Source: Vulcanimicrobiota bacterium
GTDB lineage: Bacteria; Vulcanimicrobiota; Xenobia; Xenobiales; JADMJV01
Reading direction: 5' to 3'
NCBI GenBank assembly: GCA_050250895.1
Contig: JBFWNU010000002.1
Location: forward strand, 160,001-224,000
DNA length: 64,000 nt
Shown here: positions 1-10,911 of the stretch, piece after piece
How positions within the stretch are numbered: position 1 is the first letter of the stretch
Layout: each line of letters starts with the position of its first letter
Notes under the pieces: generated by a model
Seen by the model: the letters and a program-made list of their open reading frames with translations, nothing else
Databases searched by the model: none
What the model was told of the DNA's origin: nothing
Position numbers and translations under genes: made by a program

Positions 1-327
1 GCCGTCTTTTGCGGGCCACCCCGGTTTCACGATGACCGGCGCGATGTGCTCATCAATCCTCGCGTCATCATCGAGGTGCTCTCACCCTCGACCGAGGAGT
101 TCGACCGAGGCCAGAAGCGTCTGCTCTATCAGACCATCGACACCCTGGCCGAGTATGTGCTGGTGGCTCAGAGCGAACCCCGCGTCGAGCACTGGGCCCG
201 GCGGGCCGATGCCCAGTGGCTGGTGTCGACTCTTGAAGGGCTGGGGGCCCAGTTGCAATTCGCCTCGATCGGATGCTCGCTGCCCCTGGCCGACGTCTAC
301 GAGCGGGTCTCTCCGGTCAGCGGCTAG
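1..327 (+). CDS. Uma2/DUF820 family endonuclease-like protein (5'-truncated by window edge)
   Basis: Frame is open from base 1; NPRVIIEVLSPSTEEFDRGQK...Y...LAEYVLVAQ is the typical Uma2 C-terminal pattern. Confidence 0.85.
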   Translation, partial: AVFCGPPRFHDDRRDVLINPRVIIEVLSPSTEEFDRGQKRLLYQTIDTLAEYVLVAQSEPRVEHWARRADAQWLVSTLEGLGAQLQFASIGCSLPLADVYERVSPVSG

Positions 328-373
328 GCTCGGCCTGGAGGAAGCCCCCCCGCTCGGGACCGAATCTTTCCGG

Positions 374-802
374 GTGAAGCGTCGTGGCATCGTACTGCTG
401 GTTCTGCTCGTCCTGGCCGGGATTGGCCTGGGGATCTTTCTGGGCTATCGCACGGTCGTTTCCTGGCGACACTACAAGGCGCTCTCGGCCGAGGCCGAGG
501 TGGCCAAGGCCGAGGTTATCGAACGGTGGGTTTCTCGTGATGCCGAGGGGGACGAGACCTACCATCTCGCCTATCGCTTCGAACTCGATGACGAGGAATA
601 CGAGGGGAAGAGCTGGGTCAGCTGGCACGACTACCGCAACTGGACCGAAGGAAGCTCCGTGGACGTACTCTACAGCCCCCAGGACCCTGCGGTGAATCGA
701 CTGGCCGCCTATTTTGGCCCGGGCGAGACCATCGGTCTGGGCGTCGTCTCGTTGTTGACGTTGGCGGGGTCATTGTGGGTGTTGTCGTCGCTACGGTATT
801 AG
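374..802 (+). CDS. DUF3592-like membrane protein
   Basis: GTG at 374; N-terminal TM helix, A-V-I...Y-Y-F...G, V-V-Y-PQDP and a C-terminal TM helix. Confidence 0.65.
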   Translation: MKRRGIVLLVLLVLAGIGLGIFLGYRTVVSWRHYKALSAEAEVAKAEVIERWVSRDAEGDETYHLAYRFELDDEEYEGKSWVSWHDYRNWTEGSSVDVLYSPQDPAVNRLAAYFGPGETIGLGVVSLLTLAGSLWVLSSLRY

Positions 803-2688
803 TCCTGGCGGATGTCTAGCGAAAAGTCAGAGACCACCACCACATCAGGCCCGAGTTCGATGTCTCCCTCGCGCGAAGTGATATCGCCTTTGGTCACCGT
901 GAACGGCTCTTCGCCCTCTTTGAGCGTCGGCTGGAGCCTCAGCAACGAGCCGTCGGCCCCCAGGGCCAGCAAGTGACCGCCGACCACTTCCAGGCCTTTG
1001 ACGGCCGACTCGAGGCCAAAGCGCATGGGTGGCAGAATGTCACGCTTTTCCGGCACCAGGGCCACTTCGCCATGGTCGTCACCGTGGAGCAGATAGACGC
1101 GGTCTCCGATGCCCACCGGAAGAGCGGTCGTGGCTGTATGGCCCGTTCCCCACACCCACTGCGACGAACCGTCGGGCTTGACCCGATAGGTGCCGTCTTC
1201 GGCGTTGACTAACCTGTCGAAGGTTGGCTTCTCCAACAGCTCGAGGCAGGTGTGCCCCAGTTCGGGCAGCATCGTGGAACGCGACATCTCGCCTCCCTCG
1301 CTCAGCACTTGCTCGAAGGCGGGCTGGGGCAGACCCAGTTCCTCGAGAACCTCGGATTTTTCCACCGGTACAGCAAAGTTGAGGCAACCGTCGTTGGTGG
1401 GGTAGGGCCCACGGTCGCGAGGAGCGCCCTGAGAGAACCGGGCTTTGGCGGCCGTTGTGAAAGAGTCCCACCCCTCACCCGAGCCCCGGGCCAGGTGCCG
1501 ATTGTCGAAATAGGAGTGCTCGAAACCGTAGCTGCGCGAGACCAGCTGGCTGCCCAGAGCGTCACGGGCTTCCCAGACATGCTCGAAGGACTCGACCGGC
1601 CGGCCGTGCCCGTCGAGGACGGTCACTCCCTGCTCTGTTGCGACTACGAGCTGGCCCTGGTCGGTCACGGCCACGAGCGGCGCTCGCTCGACCTTGCCAA
1701 ACGACATGACCGTCGTGACCGAGGCTGCCTCGGGGTCGACCAGCGATAGACTCCGTTGCCCCTCGGGGTCGAGGTCGAGGGTGTAGATGCGATCTTTGGC
1801 GTGGTAGACCTCGAGCGGTTGGCGACCCTCCAGCCCGATGGTTTGCACCTCTTCACCCTGGCGCGAGAAGACGCGCCATCCAAGACTCTCCAGCACCGAT
1901 TCCTGACTGCGCGTGGCGAGCAACAGCACCCGGTCCCCGACCGGCAGAGCCATCAAAGCCGAGGGCGGGCAGGGGAAAGCCTCGGCCCGATCGGCCTGAA
2001 AATGGACCAGCTCGTGACGTCCCTCGTCCACCCGCTGGATCATCCAACCCTCGTCCCCCGGAGCGTTGGTATCCAGGAAGATCGCCTCGCCCGGCGACTG
2101 ATAGAGCGGGTTTCCCTGGCGGTCGGTAATCAACGTCTGGTTGGGACTGCGGTCGTCGGTGTCCTCGAATACCCACGTGTCCTGGTGGCGCAGATAGCTG
2201 GTGCGCGAGGGAGCAAAGGGAATCTTGAAAGCGTGCACCTGCTCGAGGTCGGGACCAAAGGTCTTCACCTCGCGCCCGCCCTCGACATGCAACAAGCCGT
2301 CGCGTCCGACGACGCCTTCCTGGCGCCAGCCCGGCAGCCAGGTGGTGCCCTGTTGTTGGCCGCTGTCGAGGTCATAGGCGCGGAACATGCGGTGGGTCTC
2401 GACATACAGCCGGCCGGCGTCCTCATCGATGAGCACGTTGCGGGCCGTGTCGTGCAGGTCGATGGTGTAGCGGATCGAGCCGTCGGGGGCGAAGCGCTCG
2501 AGCTTCCAATCGCGGCAGGTCCTGGCCACCACGTCACCCGACTCGAGCCGTTTCAGAGGCTTGGCCGGCACTTTGAGCACGCGGTCAAAGCCATCGTCGG
2601 TGGGACTAAACAGCACAGCCTCGCGCTGCCTGGGAGCGACCCTGGCGAGGCGGACGGGGGGCTGGCTGGTAGCGACACTCCTGACCAT
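799..2688 (-). CDS. Hypothetical beta-rich (propeller-like) protein with a C-terminal DIEL..VVVSDF motif
   Basis: Long ORF (track 642 aa, start re-picked at ATG 2688); repeated short beta-strand/Gly-Asp turns; no signal peptide. Confidence 0.6.
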   Translation of the reverse strand: MVRSVATSQPPVRLARVAPRQREAVLFSPTDDGFDRVLKVPAKPLKRLESGDVVARTCRDWKLERFAPDGSIRYTIDLHDTARNVLIDEDAGRLYVETHRMFRAYDLDSGQQQGTTWLPGWRQEGVVGRDGLLHVEGGREVKTFGPDLEQVHAFKIPFAPSRTSYLRHQDTWVFEDTDDRSPNQTLITDRQGNPLYQSPGEAIFLDTNAPGDEGWMIQRVDEGRHELVHFQADRAEAFPCPPSALMALPVGDRVLLLATRSQESVLESLGWRVFSRQGEEVQTIGLEGRQPLEVYHAKDRIYTLDLDPEGQRSLSLVDPEAASVTTVMSFGKVERAPLVAVTDQGQLVVATEQGVTVLDGHGRPVESFEHVWEARDALGSQLVSRSYGFEHSYFDNRHLARGSGEGWDSFTTAAKARFSQGAPRDRGPYPTNDGCLNFAVPVEKSEVLEELGLPQPAFEQVLSEGGEMSRSTMLPELGHTCLELLEKPTFDRLVNAEDGTYRVKPDGSSQWVWGTGHTATTALPVGIGDRVYLLHGDDHGEVALVPEKRDILPPMRFGLESAVKGLEVVGGHLLALGADGSLLRLQPTLKEGEEPFTVTKGDITSREGDIELGPDVVVVSDFSLDIRQD

Positions 2689-2926
2689 GAGTCTGAGCCT
2701 AACCTCGAGACCCAAAACTATCCTCAAATGTCGTTGTTGGAGGCACTCTTTGGAAGTTGCCAGGGACTGGAACTGCCTGAAGAAGCAAAGAATTCGGCCG
2801 GGTCGCCGGCTTGAAGGTAGTCGAGTGGTAAGCTAGCGAAGGGCCCGTGCCAAAGGTCACATTCGAGCCTGACTGATCGGGCTACACTCTGGCTATCACG
2901 CCGCCGAACCGAGAGGAGAATACCCA

Positions 2927-3337
2927 ATGGGACTTGCCGAACGCCGAAAGATCCAGAGCGCCGCCGAAGGCCTCAGCGACGCTCAGGCCGAGCTCGACAA
3001 AGAGCTGGGCTTTCAACTGCCTGTCGAGCTGCAGACCAGCAGCTTTCCTGAAGACAAAGACGTGCTCTACGGCTATGACTCCTACAAAGATTACGGCTTC
3101 CCCATGGTTTGCCGGGTGCTCAAGAAGGTCGGTTGCGACGAGCTGGGCAAAGAGGCCCTGCGCGAGAAAGTCCAGCGTGTGGCCATCGTCAATACGGCCA
3201 CCGACGCCAGCAATGGCGGTGAGAAGAGCATCGAGCTGTCCGACGGACTGCTGACCATCAAGCTTGGCTGGTATAGCTACAGCGACAAGCTTTTTGGCGA
3301 AGACGAGATGCGCGAGAAGATCGAGGCGCTGCTCTAG
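2927..3337 (+). CDS. Hypothetical protein (MGLAERR... family)
   Basis: GAGGAG RBS upstream, typical codon usage, DELGKEAL core. Confidence 0.7.
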   Translation: MGLAERRKIQSAAEGLSDAQAELDKELGFQLPVELQTSSFPEDKDVLYGYDSYKDYGFPMVCRVLKKVGCDELGKEALREKVQRVAIVNTATDASNGGEKSIELSDGLLTIKLGWYSYSDKLFGEDEMREKIEALL

Positions 3338-3341
3338 GTCG

Positions 3342-3959
3342 ATGCCGTTTCATCCCGCCTGCGATCCCACCCAGATCCTGCGCCGGCTGGTCGAGGCCAA
3401 GCCCGGGCTCGAGATGGTGGTGCATCTTGACTCGGGGCAGAGCCTGCATGGCCACTCGGTGATCGAGCTCGAAGCCGGCTGGGCGGTGATCGCCGGCGGC
3501 CAGGGCCAACGAAGCGAGCTGCACTATTTTGCCCTGGCCACCGTGCGCGCGGTGACGCTGGTGGGCCATCCTCGTCAGCTCGAGACTCTGGGTGAGAGCG
3601 ACGTGCCCAGCCAGGGGCATATCCCCACGCGTCTGCACCTCAAGCGCCGCCTGGTCGAACTGGGCACTCTCCACGGGCTGACTCTGGAAGTCGAGCCTGA
3701 GCTGGTCGAATCTGACGAGTCGCAGCGTTGGGACTTCAACCGCTTCCTCGAGTGGCTCACCACCACTCTGCAAGAACTGGGCCAGGATGAGCTTGGGCGC
3801 CAAGCCCTGGCTCGACGCCCTCGCTGGCGCATCGTGTCCGGAGAGCGGGCCGGGGCTGAGGTGGTCGAGGAACAAATCGTGCTCACGTTGGTGCTCGAGC
3901 AGGGTCGCCTGAGCGGCTGGGATGAGCGATTGCTGTCGGCCCTCGAGGCTGCCCTTTAG
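3342..3959 (+). CDS. Hypothetical protein; C-terminal half is paralogous to the upstream gene
   Basis: ATG 4 nt after the upstream stop; DELGRQAL core and ending LEAAL. Confidence 0.65.
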   Translation: MPFHPACDPTQILRRLVEAKPGLEMVVHLDSGQSLHGHSVIELEAGWAVIAGGQGQRSELHYFALATVRAVTLVGHPRQLETLGESDVPSQGHIPTRLHLKRRLVELGTLHGLTLEVEPELVESDESQRWDFNRFLEWLTTTLQELGQDELGRQALARRPRWRIVSGERAGAEVVEEQIVLTLVLEQGRLSGWDERLLSALEAAL

Positions 3960-4119
3960 TCAAGCAGCGGCTCTCAGGCAGAGGTGTCGACGAAGAGCCC
4001 TCTCACGGGTGGCTTCTCTAACGAGATCAGCTGCCGAACGACCCTCAGCTCTGGCTCGCTCTTGGACCTGACTCCAGAGTTCCGCGGGAAAGATCAGTTG
4101 CGTGCGATGCGATGACATG

Positions 4120-5136
<1,017 letters not shown>

Positions 5137-5385
5137 TGCCTTTGATTCTACCTTACTAGCGGCGGTGGCGGAAGCCTCCCTGGACGCTGGAAAAGCTCTT
5201 GGAGGCCGACTCGCCACCAGCCACTCATGGCGCCGGGTGTTGGGCAAGATTGTAACAGATTGGCAATGTCGTCAACGTTTTGGCAACAACGTGCCTCGGT
5301 GGGTCTCGATAGACTAAGCCTGTAGCAGCGCGAGAGAGGTGGACCAACCAATGCTTTCTTCTATTCTTTGTGCAGGTGAGCGCTA

Positions 5386-6789
5386 GTGGCCGCCCGCAGC
5401 GTGAGCCGCCCGGCTCCGGCCCGAAAGGCCCCTGCCCGTCCGAGTTCCTCCGGTCGAGCCGCCAGCCGGCCGGCAGCCAGGGTAGCCCGAACCGGCGCCA
5501 CCAAAGCCACACCCAGAGCGTCGGGTGCGGCGGGCCCGGCGGCGAGTTCCAGGATCAGTCGCGAGGCGAAGACGGCCGGCGCTCCCGACCAGCGCTCCAA
5601 GACGCTTGCATCGGCCGTCAGCAGTGCCTTCAGTCCGGCCAGCAACTCGGGTTCCGAGGTCCAATCCAGAGGTCTCAACCTGGGCAAGTCCAAGCCTGAA
5701 GCCGGGGCCCAGCAGGCCGACCCGGGCCGGGCCGCCCAGAAAGCCGAGGCCCAACCGAGCGCAGAGCCTCGCAAAGACTCGGATCCTCGTAAGGTCTTCG
5801 TGCTCGACCGCTTCAACAACAAAGAAGTCGACATCGACGGCGACAAGAAGGCGGACGCCGCCCACGGTGAGGTGATCGCGCGTGGGCTCGAAAATGAAGG
5901 CTTCGGCGTGGAGCGCATTCAGCAGCAGGGCCAGACCGGCAATAACCTGTCCAATCTGGCGGACAGCTTCGAGGACGGGTCGCGCGACTTTCGCAAGGGT
6001 GATGTGGTCAACGTCAGCAGCGGTCGAGCCGATGATCCGACCTTCAAGGAACTCAGCGGCATGGTCGGCTTTCCGGTCACGCCCGAGAATCTGGCCTCGC
6101 AGCGAGGCCAGATCTTCGACGCCCTCAAGAAGCTTCCACCCGATGCCAGAACCCAGGATTGGCTCAAGACCAACGAGGCCATCGGGCGCCTGCAGGGCCA
6201 GGGTTTAGAGGTGGTCCATGCCGCCGGCAACGCCGGCCCGGACCGGGTCAGCGTGGGCTTTCTCAACGCCAACCACCAGCTCTCGGCCACCGACGCCAGG
6301 GGTCAGGTTCAACCGTGGAGTGCCGACAGCAGCGTGACCAGGCCGGCTCAGGGGGTTCACCCCGTCTCTGAGGTCAAAGATGCCAACGGCAAGGTCACTG
6401 GCTTTGACGTGGGCCGCGACGGCACCGTCGATTTCAAAGCCAACGAGGTCAGCGGTGGCTCTCAGTTCGTGGACCAGTTCGAGGGTAAGCCCGTCTCGGC
6501 GGTGAGCGATCGCAACGGCACTGCTCTGGCCGATGTCGGCGATAAGTTCGGGAACAGCCTGCTGCCCATCGCCCAGATTCCTGAGGGGAAGGTTCTCTGG
6601 GGAGACGGCAAAGACGGAGCTTTCGTCAATCCTGATGATGCTCATCCCAGTTTCGTCTTCCGCCAGGACGGCAATGGCAACCTGTTCCACGATCCCGACA
6701 ACTCGGGCAATCCGGGCTCGGTGAACGCCATTCTCGGCACTTCCTACTCGGTGCTCGACTACCTGAGAAACAACCTTCCGGCTCAGTAG
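5386..6789 (+). CDS. Subtilisin-like (S8) serine peptidase with a low-complexity N-terminus
   Basis: Catalytic motifs in S8 order: VFVLD, HGEVIA, AAGN (oxyanion Asn), GTSYS; no signal peptide. Confidence 0.7.
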   Translation: MAARSVSRPAPARKAPARPSSSGRAASRPAARVARTGATKATPRASGAAGPAASSRISREAKTAGAPDQRSKTLASAVSSAFSPASNSGSEVQSRGLNLGKSKPEAGAQQADPGRAAQKAEAQPSAEPRKDSDPRKVFVLDRFNNKEVDIDGDKKADAAHGEVIARGLENEGFGVERIQQQGQTGNNLSNLADSFEDGSRDFRKGDVVNVSSGRADDPTFKELSGMVGFPVTPENLASQRGQIFDALKKLPPDARTQDWLKTNEAIGRLQGQGLEVVHAAGNAGPDRVSVGFLNANHQLSATDARGQVQPWSADSSVTRPAQGVHPVSEVKDANGKVTGFDVGRDGTVDFKANEVSGGSQFVDQFEGKPVSAVSDRNGTALADVGDKFGNSLLPIAQIPEGKVLWGDGKDGAFVNPDDAHPSFVFRQDGNGNLFHDPDNSGNPGSVNAILGTSYSVLDYLRNNLPAQ

Positions 6790-7238
6790 GTCTTGGGAGC
6801 CTGACTAAAGGCCTGGCCCCAGGCTTGTATTTCCTGGGCGGTCTGGTGCGCCTCACCGGCCCGCAGCGTTTGATCGACACCGGCCAGACCCAGACTCAAG
6901 GTGGTCACCAGGCCGGCTCCTACTGCTACTGCGTTGCCGTTGAGCAAGAAGGCTGCGGCACCCGTGGCCAGGGCCGCCCCGGCGGTGGCCAGGGTCAAAA
7001 TGGCCGCCTTGCGCGAGTGGCCCATCCCTTTCAGGGTCGCGGCGTCGTAGACGCCTTGCAAGTCTGGCTGGTCATAGCCGCGTAAACGCACATCCAGCGA
7101 CTGGATCTTGTCCTGGCACCAGTGGATCTGGCTCGAGACGGGATCGTCCACCGTGCCCTTGGATTCGAGTTCGGCGTGCATCCGAGTCAACTTCGTTTGC
7201 AGCGTGGTGCGTGGCGTTGCGCCGGCCGAGATGTGCAT
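6783..7238 (-). CDS. Hypothetical membrane protein (two Ala/Gly-rich TM segments)
   Basis: 151-aa ORF with a hydrophobic hairpin near the C-terminus. Confidence 0.6.
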   Translation of the reverse strand: MHISAGATPRTTLQTKLTRMHAELESKGTVDDPVSSQIHWCQDKIQSLDVRLRGYDQPDLQGVYDAATLKGMGHSRKAAILTLATAGAALATGAAAFLLNGNAVAVGAGLVTTLSLGLAGVDQTLRAGEAHQTAQEIQAWGQAFSQAPKTY

Positions 7239-7286
7239 TGCTGAGGCCCTCCACGGCCAGTATGCGGGGGCAACGTTAAGGACCCG

Positions 7287-7943
7287 TCACAAGTCGCGCT
7301 CGAGCCACTGCCGGATCTCTCGTTCGCCCCGGGGCGAGAGCCGATAGACGCCCCGCCCGACTGGCTCGAACCAGCCATAGACGTTACGATAGAGAAAGTC
7401 GCGGGCCCTGGGCTCTGCCACCGCGGCGGCCACCTGCGAGGCCTTGGTGGCTCCGTGAGCCTGCAGATGGCAGCCGATTTTGAGCGCACTCTGACGATAG
7501 GCCGTCATCACCCCGCCGCGGCGGTTCGAGCCCCCCAGATTGGGATCGCCCACCCGCAACAAGAATTCTCCCAGGAGGCGTTCCTGTCGGTGGCGTGACA
7601 ACCGCGGGCGGTACGGCCCCGGGTCGACCGCCACCGTCACCTCACCATCGACCAGTAACAATCCCAGCCCCAGCATCTTGACCAGCTTGAGCACCGATTT
7701 GCGTCGTCGGGCCAGCAACCGCGAAGGGGCGGGGATGCCGATGTAGACGTTGGGACTCAGAGCCAGGCGGTCCACGGCTTGCAGCACCACTTCGAGGTTG
7801 AGGCTCAACTTCAGCTCGACCACCACTGGGGGCTCATCCCCGCGCACGGCCACCACGTCGCAGTCGCCGACTTCGCTCTTCACCTCGTAGTGCTGTTTCT
7901 CGAGAAAGCGCTTGACCGGCGGGTAGAGGTCGGACTCTTTCAA
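7287..7943 (-). CDS. DUF2161 family putative PD-(D/E)XK phosphodiesterase
   Basis: E-DLYPPVK-FLE...YEVK-EV..CDVVAVR...VVVELK, GDPN-GG, MTAYRQ, NVYGWF. Confidence 0.85.
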   Translation of the reverse strand: MKESDLYPPVKRFLEKQHYEVKSEVGDCDVVAVRGDEPPVVVELKLSLNLEVVLQAVDRLALSPNVYIGIPAPSRLLARRRKSVLKLVKMLGLGLLLVDGEVTVAVDPGPYRPRLSRHRQERLLGEFLLRVGDPNLGGSNRRGGVMTAYRQSALKIGCHLQAHGATKASQVAAAVAEPRARDFLYRNVYGWFEPVGRGVYRLSPRGEREIRQWLERDL

Positions 7944-8103
7944 AGAGCCGCTGCCCTGGGGGACTGGGAAATCGCTGGCATGTGTTTCTCCTATCGCGCG
8001 CGAAGGACTGTCGTGAGCCTAAGGCCATCGGCCCGCCTGGCTGGTTGCCGTGACGTTGCTAGCCCGACAGGTTCGTTTCGCGGTCCCACGAAGCAACCAG
8101 GCG

Positions 8104-8928
8104 ATGCTGATTGTCGAGAACCTCAGCCATACTTATCTGGCCGGCAATCCGCTGGCCGCCCGCTCGTTGGTCGATGTCAGCCTCAGCCTCGAGGCGGGCG
8201 AACTGGTCTGCCTGTCAGGACCGACCGGCAGTGGCAAAAGCACACTGCTGGCCCATCTCAACGGTCTCATCCCGGCTCAGCAGGGTAGGGTGCTCGTCGA
8301 GGGTGTGCCCCTGGACACCCCGGCCCGCCGCCGCCAAGCCCGCCAAAAGGTGGCTCTGGCCTTTCAGTTTCCCGAGCATCAGCTCTTCGAGAAGACCGTC
8401 CGCGACGAGCTACTCTACGGACCGCGCCAGTTTCGCCTGGACAACCAGGACCAGCGGCTAACCAAAGCTCTGGCCATGGTCGGGCTGTCCGACCACCTCC
8501 TCGAGCGCAACCCGGGAGCCCTCTCTGGCGGCGAGATGCGCAAGGTCGCCCTGGCCAGCCTGCTCACCCTCGACCCGGCCGTGCTCATTCTCGACGAGCC
8601 CACCGCCGGACTCGACCCTCCCAGCCGAGTCCAGTTGCTGGCCAACCTCAAGAGCTGGAATCAGGAGGGTCTGACCATCGTGGTGGTCAGCCACAGCCTC
8701 GACGAGATGTGCGCCCTGGGGGAGCGCCTCATCTTGCTCGAGAACGGACGCAAGACCTTCGACGGACCGCTAGCCGAGTATCTCGAAAGCCTTCCCCCTG
8801 AAGAGCTGCCACCCATCCCGCACCTGGCGGTCCAAGCCCGCCAGCACGGTATCGACTGGAGCCCCTTGCCCCTCACCGTGGACCAGGCCGCCGCCTTCTT
8901 GCTCGAGCGTGGAGTTGGCCCCGCATGA
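8104..8928 (+). CDS. ecfA2: Energy-coupling-factor transporter ATPase (EcfA2/CbiO-like)
   Basis: GPTGSGKST Walker A, FQFPEHQLFEKTV, LSGGEMRKVA, LILDEPTAGLDP. Confidence 0.85.
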   Translation: MLIVENLSHTYLAGNPLAARSLVDVSLSLEAGELVCLSGPTGSGKSTLLAHLNGLIPAQQGRVLVEGVPLDTPARRRQARQKVALAFQFPEHQLFEKTVRDELLYGPRQFRLDNQDQRLTKALAMVGLSDHLLERNPGALSGGEMRKVALASLLTLDPAVLILDEPTAGLDPPSRVQLLANLKSWNQEGLTIVVVSHSLDEMCALGERLILLENGRKTFDGPLAEYLESLPPEELPPIPHLAVQARQHGIDWSPLPLTVDQAAAFLLERGVGPA

Positions 8929-9713
8929 TTCGCCTGCTTCTTTTGCTGCTCTTGCCGACGATGGTCCAACTCGACGGCCGCACCGTTCGCTTTCATGCCA
9001 CCATCTCACCACCCGCGGCCACCCATGATGGCGCGAAGCTCGAAGCGGCGGATTGGGCCCAGCATCTGGCCGGACGCCGGGCCCGTCTGCATCACCGCGG
9101 CTCCTACCTCGAGGCCGAACTCGACGACGGCTACACGGTTCGCTTCGAGCACACCGACCTCGAGGCCGAGCTGTTGACTCCACGCCAAACACGCGAGCGC
9201 TACTGGTGGAACGACCTGCTGCTAGAATTCCCAGACACCCTGCTGGCCCTGGCCGACGAGAGTCCGGTCGAGATGACCTTTGCCCTGACCCATTCCCCCG
9301 ACACGTTGGCCCGCGCCCTACCGCCGGTGTTGGCGCGCGCGGGCATGTTCGTGCCCGACAGCTCGAGCCACGCAGGCTTGCTGCAGTTTCAGACCGACTT
9401 CGTCCAGGAGGACTATCCCGGTCTTTTCAACCCCCCGGTCCGCCGCTACCGCTACCTCGTCACCATCACTCCCCGCGACCAGGGCAGCCACCTTCGCATT
9501 CGGGCCACCGTGTCCAGCTGGCAGAAATATCCCGGCTCGGACTTTTATGGCTGGCGCCCCGATGAGAGCCCCTCGATCCGCCAACGCATTCGCCAGACGG
9601 TGGCCGAACTGCTCACCAGCCTGGCCTATCCCGGCGACTGGTGGGTGCGCCTGCAAGACTACCAGGCCGGCTTCACTCTCGAGCCTGCAGGCGAACCCAT
9701 AGAGGGATTCTAG
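8925..9713 (+). CDS. Hypothetical exported protein
   Basis: ATGA overlap with the upstream gene; short hydrophobic N-terminus. Confidence 0.6.
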   Translation: MIRLLLLLLLPTMVQLDGRTVRFHATISPPAATHDGAKLEAADWAQHLAGRRARLHHRGSYLEAELDDGYTVRFEHTDLEAELLTPRQTRERYWWNDLLLEFPDTLLALADESPVEMTFALTHSPDTLARALPPVLARAGMFVPDSSSHAGLLQFQTDFVQEDYPGLFNPPVRRYRYLVTITPRDQGSHLRIRATVSSWQKYPGSDFYGWRPDESPSIRQRIRQTVAELLTSLAYPGDWWVRLQDYQAGFTLEPAGEPIEGF

Positions 9714-9750
9714 CGGGCCGCAGGAACAGCGGACAGGATTGGGGGGCACT

Positions 9751-10506
9751 ATGCTCCAACTTCGGGCTCTGGCCCTTGTGATGATTCTCTGCCTACCGGC
9801 CGCCGCCTGGGATAGCCGGCATAGCAATCCCACCCACCCCACCCACTCGTATTTGACCGAGTGGGCCATCGACCAACTGGCCGACCAGTATCCGGCCCTC
9901 AAGGCCCCGGCCGTCCGCAAAGCTTTGCTCGACGGGGCCAACAGCGAGTGCCACGAGCTGCCGCTTGACGAGAGCGATAAGACTCTCGGTAATTCCTACG
10001 GGCTCGACCTGGAGGCCAGGCGGGTCGAGCATCAGGGCACCAACGAAGGCTCGAACGATGTCGAGGGTTGGTGGAATGACGCCAGGGCTGCCTACCAGGC
10101 CGGCAACGAACTACAGGCCTATTATTTGCTGGGCGTTCTGCTACACATGGTCGAGGACATGGGCGTTCCCGCTCACGCCAACATGGTCGTCCATCAGGGC
10201 AACGCCAGAGAGTTTGACAACTTCGAGGCCATGGCTCTGTCGAACTGGAAGCCGGACTGGAATGACTGGAACGTCGACCGCACCGACCCGACCTACGAGC
10301 TCCCCTCGAATTACTACCAGTTCTCGCGAGAGTGGACCCAGGCGGACGCGCCCGACTATCACGACAGAGACAAATTCTCGAAGGTCTGGACCTTCGCTTC
10401 GAAGTCAGAGAAGACGCTGCTGAGCAACCGCCAGGCGCGGACCTGTAATGTGGTCAAGTGGACCCTTGCCTCGGGCCTGCGCGCCTTTGGGGTGCTAACT
10501 CAGTAG
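9751..10506 (+). CDS. Secreted zinc-dependent phospholipase C / S1-P1 nuclease fold protein
   Basis: Signal peptide ending AAA-W; mature W...TH; LG-LLHMVEDMGVPAHA; FE. Confidence 0.75.
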   Translation: MLQLRALALVMILCLPAAAWDSRHSNPTHPTHSYLTEWAIDQLADQYPALKAPAVRKALLDGANSECHELPLDESDKTLGNSYGLDLEARRVEHQGTNEGSNDVEGWWNDARAAYQAGNELQAYYLLGVLLHMVEDMGVPAHANMVVHQGNAREFDNFEAMALSNWKPDWNDWNVDRTDPTYELPSNYYQFSREWTQADAPDYHDRDKFSKVWTFASKSEKTLLSNRQARTCNVVKWTLASGLRAFGVLTQ

Positions 10507-10519
10507 GGCGCTGGTGTGA

Positions 10520-10855
10520 TTAGGCCGGGCGAAGGCCAAGCACCAGCAGCAACGGCACCTCTGGGCCCGACCACTGATAGGCCAGATAGGCCGTGCCCTC
10601 GGGGCGATTCCAGCAGGCCATCAAGAGCGCGTCGTACCAGGGAGGAAAGTCTTCGTCCTCCCAGGTGCCGAGGAAGTCCGGTTCGCCCCACCCGGGCGCC
10701 AGGCGATCGAGGATGCGGCCGAACGAATGGCGAAAATCCTCGTGTAGCTCGTCCTGCTCGGCTCTGCTTTCTTCACCAGTCGTCTCGTAGACCAGCAGAA
10801 ACTGCTCTTCCGGCAGCTTGTCCAGCACCGTCAGGGGATCGGTCAACTGCAGCAT
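10520..10855 (-). CDS. Hypothetical acidic protein
   Basis: ORF fills the gap between neighbours; start re-picked at ATG 10855. Confidence 0.55.
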   Translation of the reverse strand: MLQLTDPLTVLDKLPEEQFLLVYETTGEESRAEQDELHEDFRHSFGRILDRLAPGWGEPDFLGTWEDEDFPPWYDALLMACWNRPEGTAYLAYQWSGPEVPLLLVLGLRPA

Positions 10856-10911
10856 CGGCCAGATTTCGGCGGCACCCAGGGCCAACCTTCCGGCACCGAG
10901 AACCAAGCCCC

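Noticed and set aside
1756-2814. 352-aa + strand ORF and similar long antisense ORFs (23072-24469, 39808-41130, 52810-54654, 59562-61034)
   Set aside because: They are shadows of genes on the opposite strand, expected in high-GC DNA, and carry no recognisable motifs.
3960-4119. 160-bp gap between convergent genes as a possible ncRNA
   Set aside because: No recognisable structure or RNA family signature.
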